In this document: positions 54,760-64,000 of the stretch, piece after piece
Layout: every line of letters begins with the position of its first letter
How positions within the stretch are numbered: position 1 is the first letter of the stretch
IMG/VR virus record: IMGVR_UViG_3300044614_001923
DNA from: a virus
Taxonomy: Duplodnaviria > Caudoviricetes
Length of the DNA stretch: 64,000 bases
Direction: 5' to 3' (one strand)
The notes under the pieces: generated by a model
Database searches by the model: none
Told to the model about the DNA's origin: nothing
The model's input: the letters and a program-made list of their open reading frames with translations, nothing else
Made by a program: the position numbers and the translations under genes

Positions 54760-55688
54760 GCCCCGTATTCCAGAATTAATCTTCCTTCATCATCACTCAT
54801 TTCAGAATTAATAACATGCTCATCTTGTCTCTCTGCTACAACTATCCAAGAAATTAAATCTGTACAATTTTCATCTTCACATTCAATTTCTAAAATAGAT
54901 CCAGTAATTCTTCCTTTTAATCTAGACCAACCTTCAAGATTTTGTAAGAAAATATCTGGGTTTCTATTTAATTTTTCCCAAGTTCCTGGTGTCATTGTTT
55001 GACCACCTGGAGATACACAATCAACGTCTAGATTAACGGTTGCTTTACCAGTTGATAGTCTTACCTTATTTCTGTAAATGTTATCATATCTTGGACCCTC
55101 AATGAATGAGTGTCTTAATCTTTTAGTTTCTTCAAGTGGGTGATTGATGTCAAAAGTACCAGAACCTTTTGTAAGTGTTCCTTCAATACAACAATCTCCA
55201 AGAACAACTAAATTTTGTTCTATTAGAGTATTGCCGTTTACATAAAGTTTAGCATCCCCAGGTACTGGGCATAGTCCTCCAGGATCATCTGAATAAATTC
55301 CTGCAATAGAAACTCTATCGCTAAAGTATGATTTTCCATATACTTGCAAACGGTAATCTGTGAGACCTGGAATTACACTTTCTCCATCTCCTCCTCCACC
55401 AATAATCTCATATTGCAGAACATAAATTTTGTTTGCTACCTCATATCTTTTAACCCAAAGTTTATCTACAACTAACCTTTTAACATCCTTTGGACCTTCA
55501 AGGGTAGTATATCTTCTGATATATTCATACTCATTTTCTGTAGTTCCAATACCAACTGGTTCAGTAGAACCAAGACCTACTGGTTCTGGTTGTAAAATAT
55601 TAAGCGTTAATGGATATGGATCTGGTGGGAGTGGTTGTGGAGGTATTGATACAAATACGGTTCCGACTCCAGCGGGTGCTTCTGCCAT
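54756..55688 (-). CDS. short fibre/spike-like protein with C-terminal F-x-I-x-HP...H-x-x-x-EGP domain
   Basis: GTLTKGSGTFDINHPLEETKRLRHSFIEGP. Confidence 0.7.
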   Translation of the reverse strand: MAEAPAGVGTVFVSIPPQPLPPDPYPLTLNILQPEPVGLGSTEPVGIGTTENEYEYIRRYTTLEGPKDVKRLVVDKLWVKRYEVANKIYVLQYEIIGGGGDGESVIPGLTDYRLQVYGKSYFSDRVSIAGIYSDDPGGLCPVPGDAKLYVNGNTLIEQNLVVLGDCCIEGTLTKGSGTFDINHPLEETKRLRHSFIEGPRYDNIYRNKVRLSTGKATVNLDVDCVSPGGQTMTPGTWEKLNRNPDIFLQNLEGWSRLKGRITGSILEIECEDENCTDLISWIVVAERQDEHVINSEMSDDEGRLILEYGA

Positions 55689-55693
55689 GATAA

Positions 55694-56491
55694 TTATCTC
55701 CTGTCGTAGTGATATCCAGCAATCGATCTTTGAGAATTATCTCCAGGATAATCTTCAATTGTTCCTCGATACTCTGGTATTAATTTTTCAGTGTCTGCTC
55801 TTTCAGCAAAAATATGATAGAAACAATCAATAGGCATTCCACCATTTGATTGTAAAAATACTTTATTCTCCCCTATTCTTTTTATGATCACATTTTGATG
55901 TGACCCTATAGGAGTTAAAGATACTGTGATTGATGTTGGATCTACAAGATTTGTCCAATATTCTGGTAACTCAATTTCATTTTTATTTTTTACTCTTCCG
56001 CGAACATAAACTGCTGCTTCTGGACCTTCTACACAGGTATGAGTAAGTCTCCAACCTTCTTTTGTTGGATGAGGAATATCAAAGTTTTTCTTTTGATGTA
56101 ACTTATGACCTCCACAATGAGACCATACCTGTGCTGCTGATATGATATTGTCTCCTGCTTTTATTTGAGCACCGACTGTAAGTTGGCGGTCAACATCAAC
56201 TGCTCCAAGAAATGCAGATGGTCCCATAACACCTAAAGTATATGGACTGTTGTTTACGGATTCACAAGCTGAAATTGAGCCAGGAATAGATGGGGTTGGG
56301 GACTCTGGATTCGTCAATGGAGCGTGCATTACACACGCTCCAACCTGAGTCCAATAAGTAGCACTTCCAAAAATCATTGGACCCTGAATATAAGCAGATC
56401 CTCTAATTTCTTTAACTCCTATTCCTAGTGGTTTTGGTTTTCCCAAACCAACTTGAAGTCTTTTTCCTACAGATACATTTGGTAATAACAT
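55694..56491 (-). CDS. short fibre/spike-like protein with the same C-terminal HP...EGP domain
   Basis: KKNFDIPHPTKEGWRLTHTCVEGPEAAVY.RG. Confidence 0.7.
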   Translation of the reverse strand: MLLPNVSVGKRLQVGLGKPKPLGIGVKEIRGSAYIQGPMIFGSATYWTQVGACVMHAPLTNPESPTPSIPGSISACESVNNSPYTLGVMGPSAFLGAVDVDRQLTVGAQIKAGDNIISAAQVWSHCGGHKLHQKKNFDIPHPTKEGWRLTHTCVEGPEAAVYVRGRVKNKNEIELPEYWTNLVDPTSITVSLTPIGSHQNVIIKRIGENKVFLQSNGGMPIDCFYHIFAERADTEKLIPEYRGTIEDYPGDNSQRSIAGYHYDRR

Positions 56492-56497
56492 ATTAAT

Positions 56498-57103
56498 TTA
56501 AGCTTGAATAGTTCCAGAATTAAGTTGAGTATTTGTTTGAATATTTGTATCCCAAAGGGAGGGTTTACTGTTTCCTCCACTACAAGCGTTATCAACTGCT
56601 GCAAATAGACCTGCAGAAAAATTCATAGATGATTTTGCTACAAGTTCACATGCACCTGATGAAAAGAATTTTACCACAGAACTGCCATTAAGTTCAACAT
56701 TTTTAGATCTAAGCATAATTTTTTCATTTGCTTCCATGGTAAGAATGCCTTGATCGTTACCACTAGCATTTTCATTTGCAAGAATATCAATATTTCTTGC
56801 TTTCATTTTTATATCACCATTGAGAGCATTTAAAACAATGTCACCATTCAATGCTTCAATTAGGATTGCCGTTTGACCTTTTTTCTGATCATCTCCACAT
56901 TTAATTTGATAAACTTTTGGGCAACGATTTGTTGTTGTTCCAGCTCTTTTTCCTTCAGAATCAAATGTCATGTAGTGGCGATAATCATATCCACTTCTTG
57001 CCATAAAAGAAGATAGAGTTTGGTCATTGTGAACATGTCCAAATTTTATTTCACCATTTCTAGTGCCATACCTTACTGCATCTCTTGATTCTTTTTTTGC
57101 CAT
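56498..57103 (-). CDS. baseplate spike-associated beta-helix protein (gp5 C-terminal-like; start MAKKES)
   Basis: repeated short beta-strands NGDIVLNALNGDIKMKARNIDILA; follows gp5. Confidence 0.55.
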   Translation of the reverse strand: MAKKESRDAVRYGTRNGEIKFGHVHNDQTLSSFMARSGYDYRHYMTFDSEGKRAGTTTNRCPKVYQIKCGDDQKKGQTAILIEALNGDIVLNALNGDIKMKARNIDILANENASGNDQGILTMEANEKIMLRSKNVELNGSSVVKFFSSGACELVAKSSMNFSAGLFAAVDNACSGGNSKPSLWDTNIQTNTQLNSGTIQA

Positions 57104-57108
57104 GTTAA

Positions 57109-59484
57109 TTAGTTCTCTGGGATAAGTCTTCCAACACAATCTACGACTTGTATGATTGGAACTCCTGCTGGAACTTCCTTCACTTCGTCTACTCTATTTA
57201 CACAAAAATTTGGGAGGATTTTTGCATTGTAACCAGTGTCACTTTCAACATATATCGTTGGCCAAAAGTCAAATCCATTTCCAGGATTTATGACTCTAAT
57301 CTCCTCTAAGGTTCCATTTGGACCAAACACTGGTTCAAACTCCGCTCCATTACTGTCTGGATATATTTTTATTTTATCTGTTGGTTGATAGTTCCAACCT
57401 TTTCTTACAACTCTCGGATCACATATTGTTAAGAATACGCCATAAGTATCAGCATTTCCTTTAGGTGGAACTTCTTCTGGTTCCACTGGCAAAGGTGCAG
57501 TTATTTCCATAACATCAGTAGTCATATCTTTAGTAATAACAGTAGTAACTCCACCAAATAAAGGAATTGGAAAGTCTATTTTACTATTCTCAGGAAGAGT
57601 TATTTCATCTCCTGGTTTTAAAATAATTTTTTGTCCAGGAGAAAAAGGACGTTCCCAATCTTTATTTTCTCTTTTAACAATGGTTTGATTTGGTTTTGCC
57701 CACTCTCTCCCATCTCCTCCTTTACTTCCATCTGGCTTTGGCAGATATCCATCACCAGGAGTATCAATTAAAACATTAGTTAGAACAAACTGACCAGTAG
57801 GAACGCCTCCTCCAGCAGGAGCGCCACCTCCAGCAGGAGCGCCTCCTCCAGCAGGTGCAAACTCTGCGATTGCTGCTGCTCCAGAACCTTTTCTGCAAGT
57901 ATCTTGAATCATCACTTCAGGCGAATTATTAATTCCAAAGGTACTTCCTGCATTTACAAGATCAACTGCTAATAAATCACCAGCAGCACTGACTACAGCA
58001 TTTGCAGTGGCATTTTTAAGTTGTCCAAAAAAGTCAACTGTAGGTGGTCCGCATTTTTTAGAATCACCACTACATCCCTTAACACCAGAAACTATAGATG
58101 ATATTGCACTTCCAATATTTACCATTGTGGCAAAATTAGCAGATGCACTACTAACTGCACTCTGAACCTGACCAATCAAACCAGAAATTTGACTTGCGAA
58201 TCCAGCAGCGGCACCAAATATTGCAGTGAGATTAAACTGACTTTGCATTCCTGCTATCGTTCCAGGGCCATCCCACAAACTCCAAGTCAATAAACTCTTA
58301 CAATCTTCTTCTTTTTCACATAAGAAGAATCCAACCAGTGCTTGAATAAGACCTAAAATACCACTAATTCCTCCACCAATACCCAGAAGTGCTAAAAGAG
58401 GTTGTAGTAGGTTACTGATCAGAGCAATCAAAGGTCCCAAAATCTGACCAAGAATTGATCCAGCTACATTTTGAGCAATACATGAAGGAACGTTAACTAG
58501 TTTTTTAGATAGTGGACATACAATCCCTTTAACAATTTTTGGTATTGAATCGATAAATTTATTGAAAAGGCAACTTATCAATTCCCAGACTTTATCTTGA
58601 GTTTTCTTTAACTTAGGTCTATCTTCTTCCCAGACTTTACCATATTCCTTTTTAACTTTCTGCTGAATCAGATCTAAAGTATTTTTTCTAATTTCTTCAA
58701 CAGTATTTTTTAATTTACCAGAAATATAATCAGATGCTTTTTGACATAAAGCATCAGCTTGTCCATCAATTCCTCCAGAAATTCCACTAAGTTTTGCTGA
58801 TATAGAATTCAAAGGATCTTGTAGTCTTTCAACATCTTGAATTAAATCACGAAGAAAAATTTGAATACCTTGTGTTTCATCACCTCCACATTTTCTTTTT
58901 GACGGTAAAGTTGTTTCTTTTTTTCCATCATATTCTTGATCATCATCTATCTTAATTTTTTCTACAGTATCACTCCCAGAATTTGATTCTGTTTTTCCTC
59001 CACCACCTTTGATTCCAAATTCGGCAACTCCATCAGATGACCTATATGGATCTTTTCCATATCCAGTTTTATTATCAAATCCCTTATTATCGTTAGCAGA
59101 ACCTAGAGTTTGATTTTGAGAATCGTTTGGTAAAATACCTACAATAAGATATTCTGCACCATCAGCACCATCTTGAGCTTCAAGTTTAACCCAAGTACCT
59201 TCCTTAATATTTGCCGTCTGTGAAGCATTTGCATGTCCACTTCCAGCAGTAACTGGCATTAAGACGCTACATACTGGCAATTTCTCATCAGGTATTTCTT
59301 TTTGGTCATGTACTCCAACGATACGAACTCTATAACGTTGACCAAACCCAGTAATTACTCCAGGTTGTGTCCATTTTTTTCTTTCTTCATTGGTACACCA
59401 AGTTACTTCCTTCCCAATGATGCCTCTAATGACACCGCTGGTCGCAGTTCCTTGTTGTTGAGATGTTTCAACCTGAAAATACAT
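57109..59484 (-). CDS. gp5: baseplate hub/spike protein, gp5-like (N-terminal OB fold; no lysozyme motif seen)
   Basis: GQRYRVRIVGVH..EIPDEKLP...LMPVTAGSG...GTWV...DG.....LIVGIL. Confidence 0.8.
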   Translation of the reverse strand: MYFQVETSQQQGTATSGVIRGIIGKEVTWCTNEERKKWTQPGVITGFGQRYRVRIVGVHDQKEIPDEKLPVCSVLMPVTAGSGHANASQTANIKEGTWVKLEAQDGADGAEYLIVGILPNDSQNQTLGSANDNKGFDNKTGYGKDPYRSSDGVAEFGIKGGGGKTESNSGSDTVEKIKIDDDQEYDGKKETTLPSKRKCGGDETQGIQIFLRDLIQDVERLQDPLNSISAKLSGISGGIDGQADALCQKASDYISGKLKNTVEEIRKNTLDLIQQKVKKEYGKVWEEDRPKLKKTQDKVWELISCLFNKFIDSIPKIVKGIVCPLSKKLVNVPSCIAQNVAGSILGQILGPLIALISNLLQPLLALLGIGGGISGILGLIQALVGFFLCEKEEDCKSLLTWSLWDGPGTIAGMQSQFNLTAIFGAAAGFASQISGLIGQVQSAVSSASANFATMVNIGSAISSIVSGVKGCSGDSKKCGPPTVDFFGQLKNATANAVVSAAGDLLAVDLVNAGSTFGINNSPEVMIQDTCRKGSGAAAIAEFAPAGGGAPAGGGAPAGGGVPTGQFVLTNVLIDTPGDGYLPKPDGSKGGDGREWAKPNQTIVKRENKDWERPFSPGQKIILKPGDEITLPENSKIDFPIPLFGGVTTVITKDMTTDVMEITAPLPVEPEEVPPKGNADTYGVFLTICDPRVVRKGWNYQPTDKIKIYPDSNGAEFEPVFGPNGTLEEIRVINPGNGFDFWPTIYVESDTGYNAKILPNFCVNRVDEVKEVPAGVPIIQVVDCVGRLIPEN
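57804..57857 (+). repeat. three tandem 18-bp units encoding APAGGG
   Basis: gcgcc(t/a)cctccagcagga repeated. Confidence 0.85.
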
Positions 59485-59489
59485 TTAAA

Positions 59490-59720
59490 TCAATCCTCAT
59501 AAATTCTACACTCTAAAGCCTCTGGGTTTGAATCACAATATAATTCTAGAGGGGTTGGGTCATGTTCATCTCCAGGATGATTTTCTTTGTATGATTCTAA
59601 AGAAATCAATTCATCTTCAGTATGTCTACGTGATTGTGGAGATGTCTGTGGATCATCTAATATTTTTTTATCTTGCTCAATATGTTGAGACAGTGTTCTT
59701 TTGTTGTCCATATAAGACAA
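59490..59720 (-). CDS. cp12: CP12, Calvin-cycle inhibitor (phage type)
   Basis: RRH..DEL..LE.Y...HP...DPTPLELYCDSNPEALECRIYED C-terminal CP12 signature. Confidence 0.92.
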   Translation of the reverse strand: MSYMDNKRTLSQHIEQDKKILDDPQTSPQSRRHTEDELISLESYKENHPGDEHDPTPLELYCDSNPEALECRIYED

Positions 59721-59732
59721 TAGCGTTTGTCT

Positions 59733-59740
59733 TATTTATT
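59733..59740 (-). promoter_or_regulatory. late promoter AATAAATA upstream of cp12
   Basis: NATAAATA in the 32-nt gap between hub and cp12. Confidence 0.65.
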
Positions 59741-59752
59741 ATGGATTATAAT

Positions 59753-61087
59753 CTATTTTTTACCTTCAGTGTCTCTAATTAATGTTAATGCAGTTGTATT
59801 TGCAGTATTTGTCATTTTTGATAGTCCAATTTTATGTGCTAAAGATTCAATCATGTATCTGCCACTTTTTCGTTTAGTTAGTTTTAGTGGTGCCTTTCCT
59901 CCTTTGTTTTCAGGGAAAGTAACTTCGATAATATCACCAGCGTGAAGTTTCACATTTAATGGGATTACTATTTTTAAATTTGAAGTATTCAATTGATTAT
60001 AACGCGCTCTTGCTTGACGCATAATTTCATCAGGTAATAGGTTTTGCTCTTTAGATTTCTTTTTGTCTATAGGTTTTAATTGACCAGTATCTAAAGGTCT
60101 CATATTAATTTTAAATGTCCTATTAGCAAAGTCTAATGCCTCTGCAATAATAGGAATATCTTTTCCAGCATTATTCTTTTTTAGATTTTGAGTTATTGCA
60201 TCAAAAGGAGATGCTTCTTTGTATTTTGTTTTATATGGATCTACTGTTATAGATTCTGATTGAGAAAAAGTTCCACCTTTCATCATGTTCTCAATATCCA
60301 TACTCTTATTGAATTGATAATCCATAATTTTTGCATCATATCCAGGAGGAGCTGCTTCTTCAACTTTTTCATTATAAATGAATTTTGCTTTTGGAGACTC
60401 TGAAAATAATTTATCAATAGATTTAAACTTTATAGAATCTGAGGTTTGATACAATAAGTATCCAGCAAGTTTTCCCTTCGCTCCAGAGAAATCAGGAACG
60501 CAACGTGAAGCTAACCACAAACATTGATCGTATGGAGTTGCAGTCGCTTTATTTCCTTGAAATGTAAAATTTCCAAGTGAAGTATCAACATCAACTTTAA
60601 GAGATGTGCCTAAAGTATTTTTTAATATATCACTTACTGAATCTGATATTAATCCTTCATATTGCTTAATTACTCTTTTCTTAGTATCTTCATTTTCAAC
60701 CATGTCTGGCGACCACATATTCAAATCAACAAGAACTCCTTTAGTATCCTGTACATAATTATAATTTTTTAAAATTAAATCCAAATCTAATTTATTTTTA
60801 TAACCATCCTGCAAAGATATTTTTATTTTTTCTCCAGAGGTTAACTTTGCTTTATCAACTATATTAAGGTCTCCTCCAGTGGGCCCACTTACATCAACAA
60901 TTTTTGATGTTGCTCTTATTGTTGTATCGAAAATGCTTTCAAAATATTGCAATTCTGCAAATCCACCAAGATTCTGACTATTAGAAACCTTGATTACTTC
61001 TCCGCCACCATTCGGAGTGATCGTATATGTACTAATTACTGCTTGGCCAGTTTCAGCTGGCGTATTTGCGTACTTCTTTTCTGCCAT
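59753..61087 (-). CDS. baseplate hub protein (gp27-like)
   Basis: LQYFESIFD..IRA, YLLYQT...FKSIDKL, LHAGDII, SGRYMIESLAH; position before gp5. Confidence 0.65.
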   Translation of the reverse strand: MAEKKYANTPAETGQAVISTYTITPNGGGEVIKVSNSQNLGGFAELQYFESIFDTTIRATSKIVDVSGPTGGDLNIVDKAKLTSGEKIKISLQDGYKNKLDLDLILKNYNYVQDTKGVLVDLNMWSPDMVENEDTKKRVIKQYEGLISDSVSDILKNTLGTSLKVDVDTSLGNFTFQGNKATATPYDQCLWLASRCVPDFSGAKGKLAGYLLYQTSDSIKFKSIDKLFSESPKAKFIYNEKVEEAAPPGYDAKIMDYQFNKSMDIENMMKGGTFSQSESITVDPYKTKYKEASPFDAITQNLKKNNAGKDIPIIAEALDFANRTFKINMRPLDTGQLKPIDKKKSKEQNLLPDEIMRQARARYNQLNTSNLKIVIPLNVKLHAGDIIEVTFPENKGGKAPLKLTKRKSGRYMIESLAHKIGLSKMTNTANTTALTLIRDTEGKK

Positions 61088-61089
61088 TT

Positions 61090-64000
61090 TTAGGTCTTAA
61101 TATACACTGTTTTGACAGCTAACACTGAAGATCCTCCACCATAACTCTGGTATTTCTGGAGGCTATTATATTTATTAGGATCCCTTGATGGTGTATTAAT
61201 AACACCTCCACCCTGTTTACCTGTCGTTTCAACGTGCATGTGAGTTGGGTGTCCATGTCCTCCTGGACCCTCTTTAGGAGCCCCCGCCCCATACATTGCT
61301 CCCCAACTATCATGAATTAGCATATTAATGTTTTGTCCTTTTCTATTCTCATACAAAGAATTTAAGACAGAACGATATCTTGCTTTAGAATCTTCTAATG
61401 ATCCCCTAAAGTCAGTAACATCAAGTGCTCTTCCTTCATAGTGTCCCCTTCCTTTATGAACACTAGAAACTGATCCTTTTCCTGGAGTATATCCAACATG
61501 CTTTGTAAAATCTGGATGCTCTGCTACTTTGAATCCTTGTTTTAATAAAGATTTTCCAATTTCAACGATTGTTTTTCCACCTGCAGCAGTTTTTCCACCA
61601 CCAGCACCTCCTCCCATAACAACAATATCACCAAGTTGTGGAGCTTTTGCTGCACCTGGATTTTTAGCTCCATAAGCTTTAGCTGCAGGTCCTACAAACC
61701 ACCCAAAAAAGTTATTGGGTGTATTGGTTGTTCTCTGAACATCTTCAGCACCTTTTTTATTACCACCTCCCATAAAATCAGTTCTTCCCCCAACAAATTT
61801 TCTTGCCTCTTCTTGATATTTTGAATTTTTTAAAGCAGCTGCTGTTCTTTGCAAATCTCCCTTAGAAATTCCTGTTGCGGCAGAAGCAGTATCAAGATCT
61901 TTAATATTATGCCATTCTGGATTTGGAACTCCAGTTCTACCTCTTTTTGGATATTTCCAAGTTGGTTCATATTGACCTTGCCTTAGAACTATTTCTTTAA
62001 TGGTTTTGCCACCATATATTCCAGACGCAACTCTATTATAAATTGATTGGGCAACGTCAGCAGATCCCTGAGGATCTGCATCCTCCATTCTTGAGATTGC
62101 AACTAATGTCCAAAAATCTGCATTTCCACCAGTGACAGTTCCACCCTCTCCAGGAGCACCAACATCTAAAGATGCAGATTCATCTTCTTTTCCTTGAGGA
62201 TCTCCATCTTTTGGGGTTGGTTCTCCTATTTCCTTTAAACCAAGTTGTCTTCTAATAATATTTACTGCTTTTGTAACATCTCTTGATGTTGATTGTCTCA
62301 AGCTATTTTCAATAGCGTTTCTCATCTCCTCTGTAGTTACACCTTTATTCTGATCAATTCTTAAATATCTTCCTGCAGTAACACTTTTTACTTCCCCACC
62401 TTCTTCCATTCTAGTAATATCTCTAGAAACATCTGAATATAATCTATTAATAGTTTTTGATCCCTTTAAAACCCCATAAAGATTTATTAAGGAATCAGAA
62501 ACTTCTTTAAAGAATCCTGTTGTAATGCTTTGACCTAATGCTAGATCAATGGCAGCTCCCATTATTCTTCCAATAAAAGGAATTTTCTTTAGAGTATATG
62601 AAAGTGATAATAATGCATCGAATGGACTTTTCTTATTTTGGTCTGGACTCTTAGGAAAAAGTTCTTGAACCTTATTAATTCCTCCAACATCTTTACCAAC
62701 TTCAACTTTTTGGGGGGATTTAATATTTCTTCTTTTTTGTAATTTTGCAGTTTGCTCATCATCCTTCTTTAGAGTTCTTCCACCTTCTCCAATAATATTG
62801 CCACCATTTGCATGAGCAGCAATCAATCCACCATAAACTCTTCCCTGTGTCCCTGCATTATTTTTCTTATTGCCAAAGAAAATATCATAGAGTTTTCCAC
62901 CTGCCCAGTCTCCAGCAAATCCTCCTAGAACAGCTCCTATAGGACCACCAAAACCAGTACCAATAGCACCAAGTATAGCAGCACCAATTCCTTTAAATGC
63001 TGCTCTTCCTAAAGGTTCTCCCATTGCGACCGAGAGACCGAAATCAATCAGACCTCCAATCAGAGGTAATCTTTTAACAAAAGGTCTAACAATTTTTAGT
63101 GCTGCTTTTGTTCCCCCTTTACCAAGAAGTGAGACCGCTCCTTTTCTAGCAAAATTTGTCGCTGAAGATCTTCCATACTTTCCGCCAAGAGATCTTACGC
63201 CATCTTTTCCAAATTTCTTTATTGCAGCATCTCTACCATATCTTTCCGCATATTTTCTAGCAGCAGCTGGATCAACTGCTCTAGTTCTTCCTGCTCTTCT
63301 ACCTGTAATACCTACATCATCACCACCACCGCCGCCAGCACCACGACCTCCTCTTCCTCCACGACCTCCTCTTCCTCTACCGCCGCGGCCTCCAAAACCT
63401 TTTGATTTTGAGAGTAGTATCGCAAGGATAATTGCGCCATTAATAACCTTATTCAACATTCCAGAGAATTGATCAAATATTTTAAGAGATCCTTCGCCAC
63501 CAACTTTTTTGATAAATCCTCTTATTTGATCAAATTTTTCATAACTAAAATCGATAAAATTAACTAATCCTTCTACAGTTTTAACAAATACTGTTCCTAT
63601 AAACTTTCCAATAGAAATTATTGTTTGAAAAGCTTTATTTGCTTTATCTATATTTTCTTTTGTAAAGAATTTGAAAAATAAATTTCCAGCAATTGTCCAG
63701 AAAAAGAAGTTTAGAATTTTATCTAAGAAACTTGGTTTAGGTATAGAAATTCCACTTCCCTTTCCTTCTTGTTGTTCTTTTTTAGTTTGTTTTTCAAGAT
63801 CATCTTCTCTTGTTTTTCTTCTCTTAACTTTAGATTGTTTATCTTTTTCCGATAAGATTTTACTGTTTGTATCTATAATCTTTTTGAATGTTTTATCAAT
63901 AAACTTAACGCTCTTGTCAATCGCCTTTAAGTTTGGAATTAATTTATCAAAATTAAAAGACTCTTTTGATTTTTGATTACGTAGTTTTATTGTTTTTTGT
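61090..64000 (-). CDS. tape-measure/baseplate-hub-like protein with SleB-like hydrolase and M15-like peptidase domains (5' end outside the window)
   Basis: frame stays open from 63459 to the window edge (QKTIKLRNQKSKESF...); RLPLIGGLIDF/GAILGAIG tape-like segments; hydrolase motifs. Confidence 0.75.
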   Translation of the reverse strand, partial: QKTIKLRNQKSKESFNFDKLIPNLKAIDKSVKFIDKTFKKIIDTNSKILSEKDKQSKVKRRKTREDDLEKQTKKEQQEGKGSGISIPKPSFLDKILNFFFWTIAGNLFFKFFTKENIDKANKAFQTIISIGKFIGTVFVKTVEGLVNFIDFSYEKFDQIRGFIKKVGGEGSLKIFDQFSGMLNKVINGAIILAILLSKSKGFGGRGGRGRGGRGGRGGRGAGGGGGDDVGITGRRAGRTRAVDPAAARKYAERYGRDAAIKKFGKDGVRSLGGKYGRSSATNFARKGAVSLLGKGGTKAALKIVRPFVKRLPLIGGLIDFGLSVAMGEPLGRAAFKGIGAAILGAIGTGFGGPIGAVLGGFAGDWAGGKLYDIFFGNKKNNAGTQGRVYGGLIAAHANGGNIIGEGGRTLKKDDEQTAKLQKRRNIKSPQKVEVGKDVGGINKVQELFPKSPDQNKKSPFDALLSLSYTLKKIPFIGRIMGAAIDLALGQSITTGFFKEVSDSLINLYGVLKGSKTINRLYSDVSRDITRMEEGGEVKSVTAGRYLRIDQNKGVTTEEMRNAIENSLRQSTSRDVTKAVNIIRRQLGLKEIGEPTPKDGDPQGKEDESASLDVGAPGEGGTVTGGNADFWTLVAISRMEDADPQGSADVAQSIYNRVASGIYGGKTIKEIVLRQGQYEPTWKYPKRGRTGVPNPEWHNIKDLDTASAATGISKGDLQRTAAALKNSKYQEEARKFVGGRTDFMGGGNKKGAEDVQRTTNTPNNFFGWFVGPAAKAYGAKNPGAAKAPQLGDIVVMGGGAGGGKTAAGGKTIVEIGKSLLKQGFKVAEHPDFTKHVGYTPGKGSVSSVHKGRGHYEGRALDVTDFRGSLEDSKARYRSVLNSLYENRKGQNINMLIHDSWGAMYGAGAPKEGPGGHGHPTHMHVETTGKQGGGVINTPSRDPNKYNSLQKYQSYGGGSSVLAVKTVYIKT

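Noticed and set aside
63457-63459. ATG at 63459 as start of the last gene
   Set aside because: The frame is open and protein-like up to the window edge, so the true start lies outside the window.
236-63976. The many short plus-strand ORFs (e.g. 8709..9149, 16667..16987, 55429..55833, 63671..63976) and alternative-frame minus ORFs (e.g. 4186..4455, 19479..19727, 41247..41444, 47008..47328)
   Set aside because: They are shadows of well-supported minus-strand genes, with no promoter, RBS or motif support.

Overview
This window is part of a large, AT-rich T4-like cyanomyophage genome. The assignment rests on a phage-type cp12, a peptide deformylase, a gp5-type baseplate gene, NATAAATA late promoters and tRNA-Leu(TAG)/tRNA-Thr(TGT). 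Essentially every real gene is on the minus strand, so transcription runs right to left. (1) 64000-54756: a partial tape-measure-like protein with two putative peptidoglycan hydrolase domains, a baseplate hub, cp12, gp5 and small spike/fibre genes. (2) 54705-53650: small genes, two tRNAs and a candidate promoter/terminator-bounded sRNA. (3) 53619-32242: two very large virion structural proteins, four tail fibres, an assembly chaperone and an HSL-family esterase. (4) 32261-18782: four RCC1/BLIP-II-like beta-propeller paralogues interleaved with a DUF4376-like protein and a glycan-modification island (glycosyltransferases, sulfotransferase, sugar O-methyltransferases). (5) 18706-13243: a metallopeptidase, a nuclease-helicase-methyltransferase fusion with a separate SAM-binding half-methyltransferase, and a GC-rich SF2 helicase. 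(6) 13206-1: a dense run of small hypothetical genes plus def and an rmlB-like dehydratase, punctuated by eight copies of a palindrome-N30-(-10) promoter element. The strongest candidates for an undescribed system are the recombining RCC1-propeller array coupled to a late-expressed glycosylation/sulfation/methylation cluster, and the split-methyltransferase restriction-modification-like module. All family calls come from motif recognition by eye; no searches were run.
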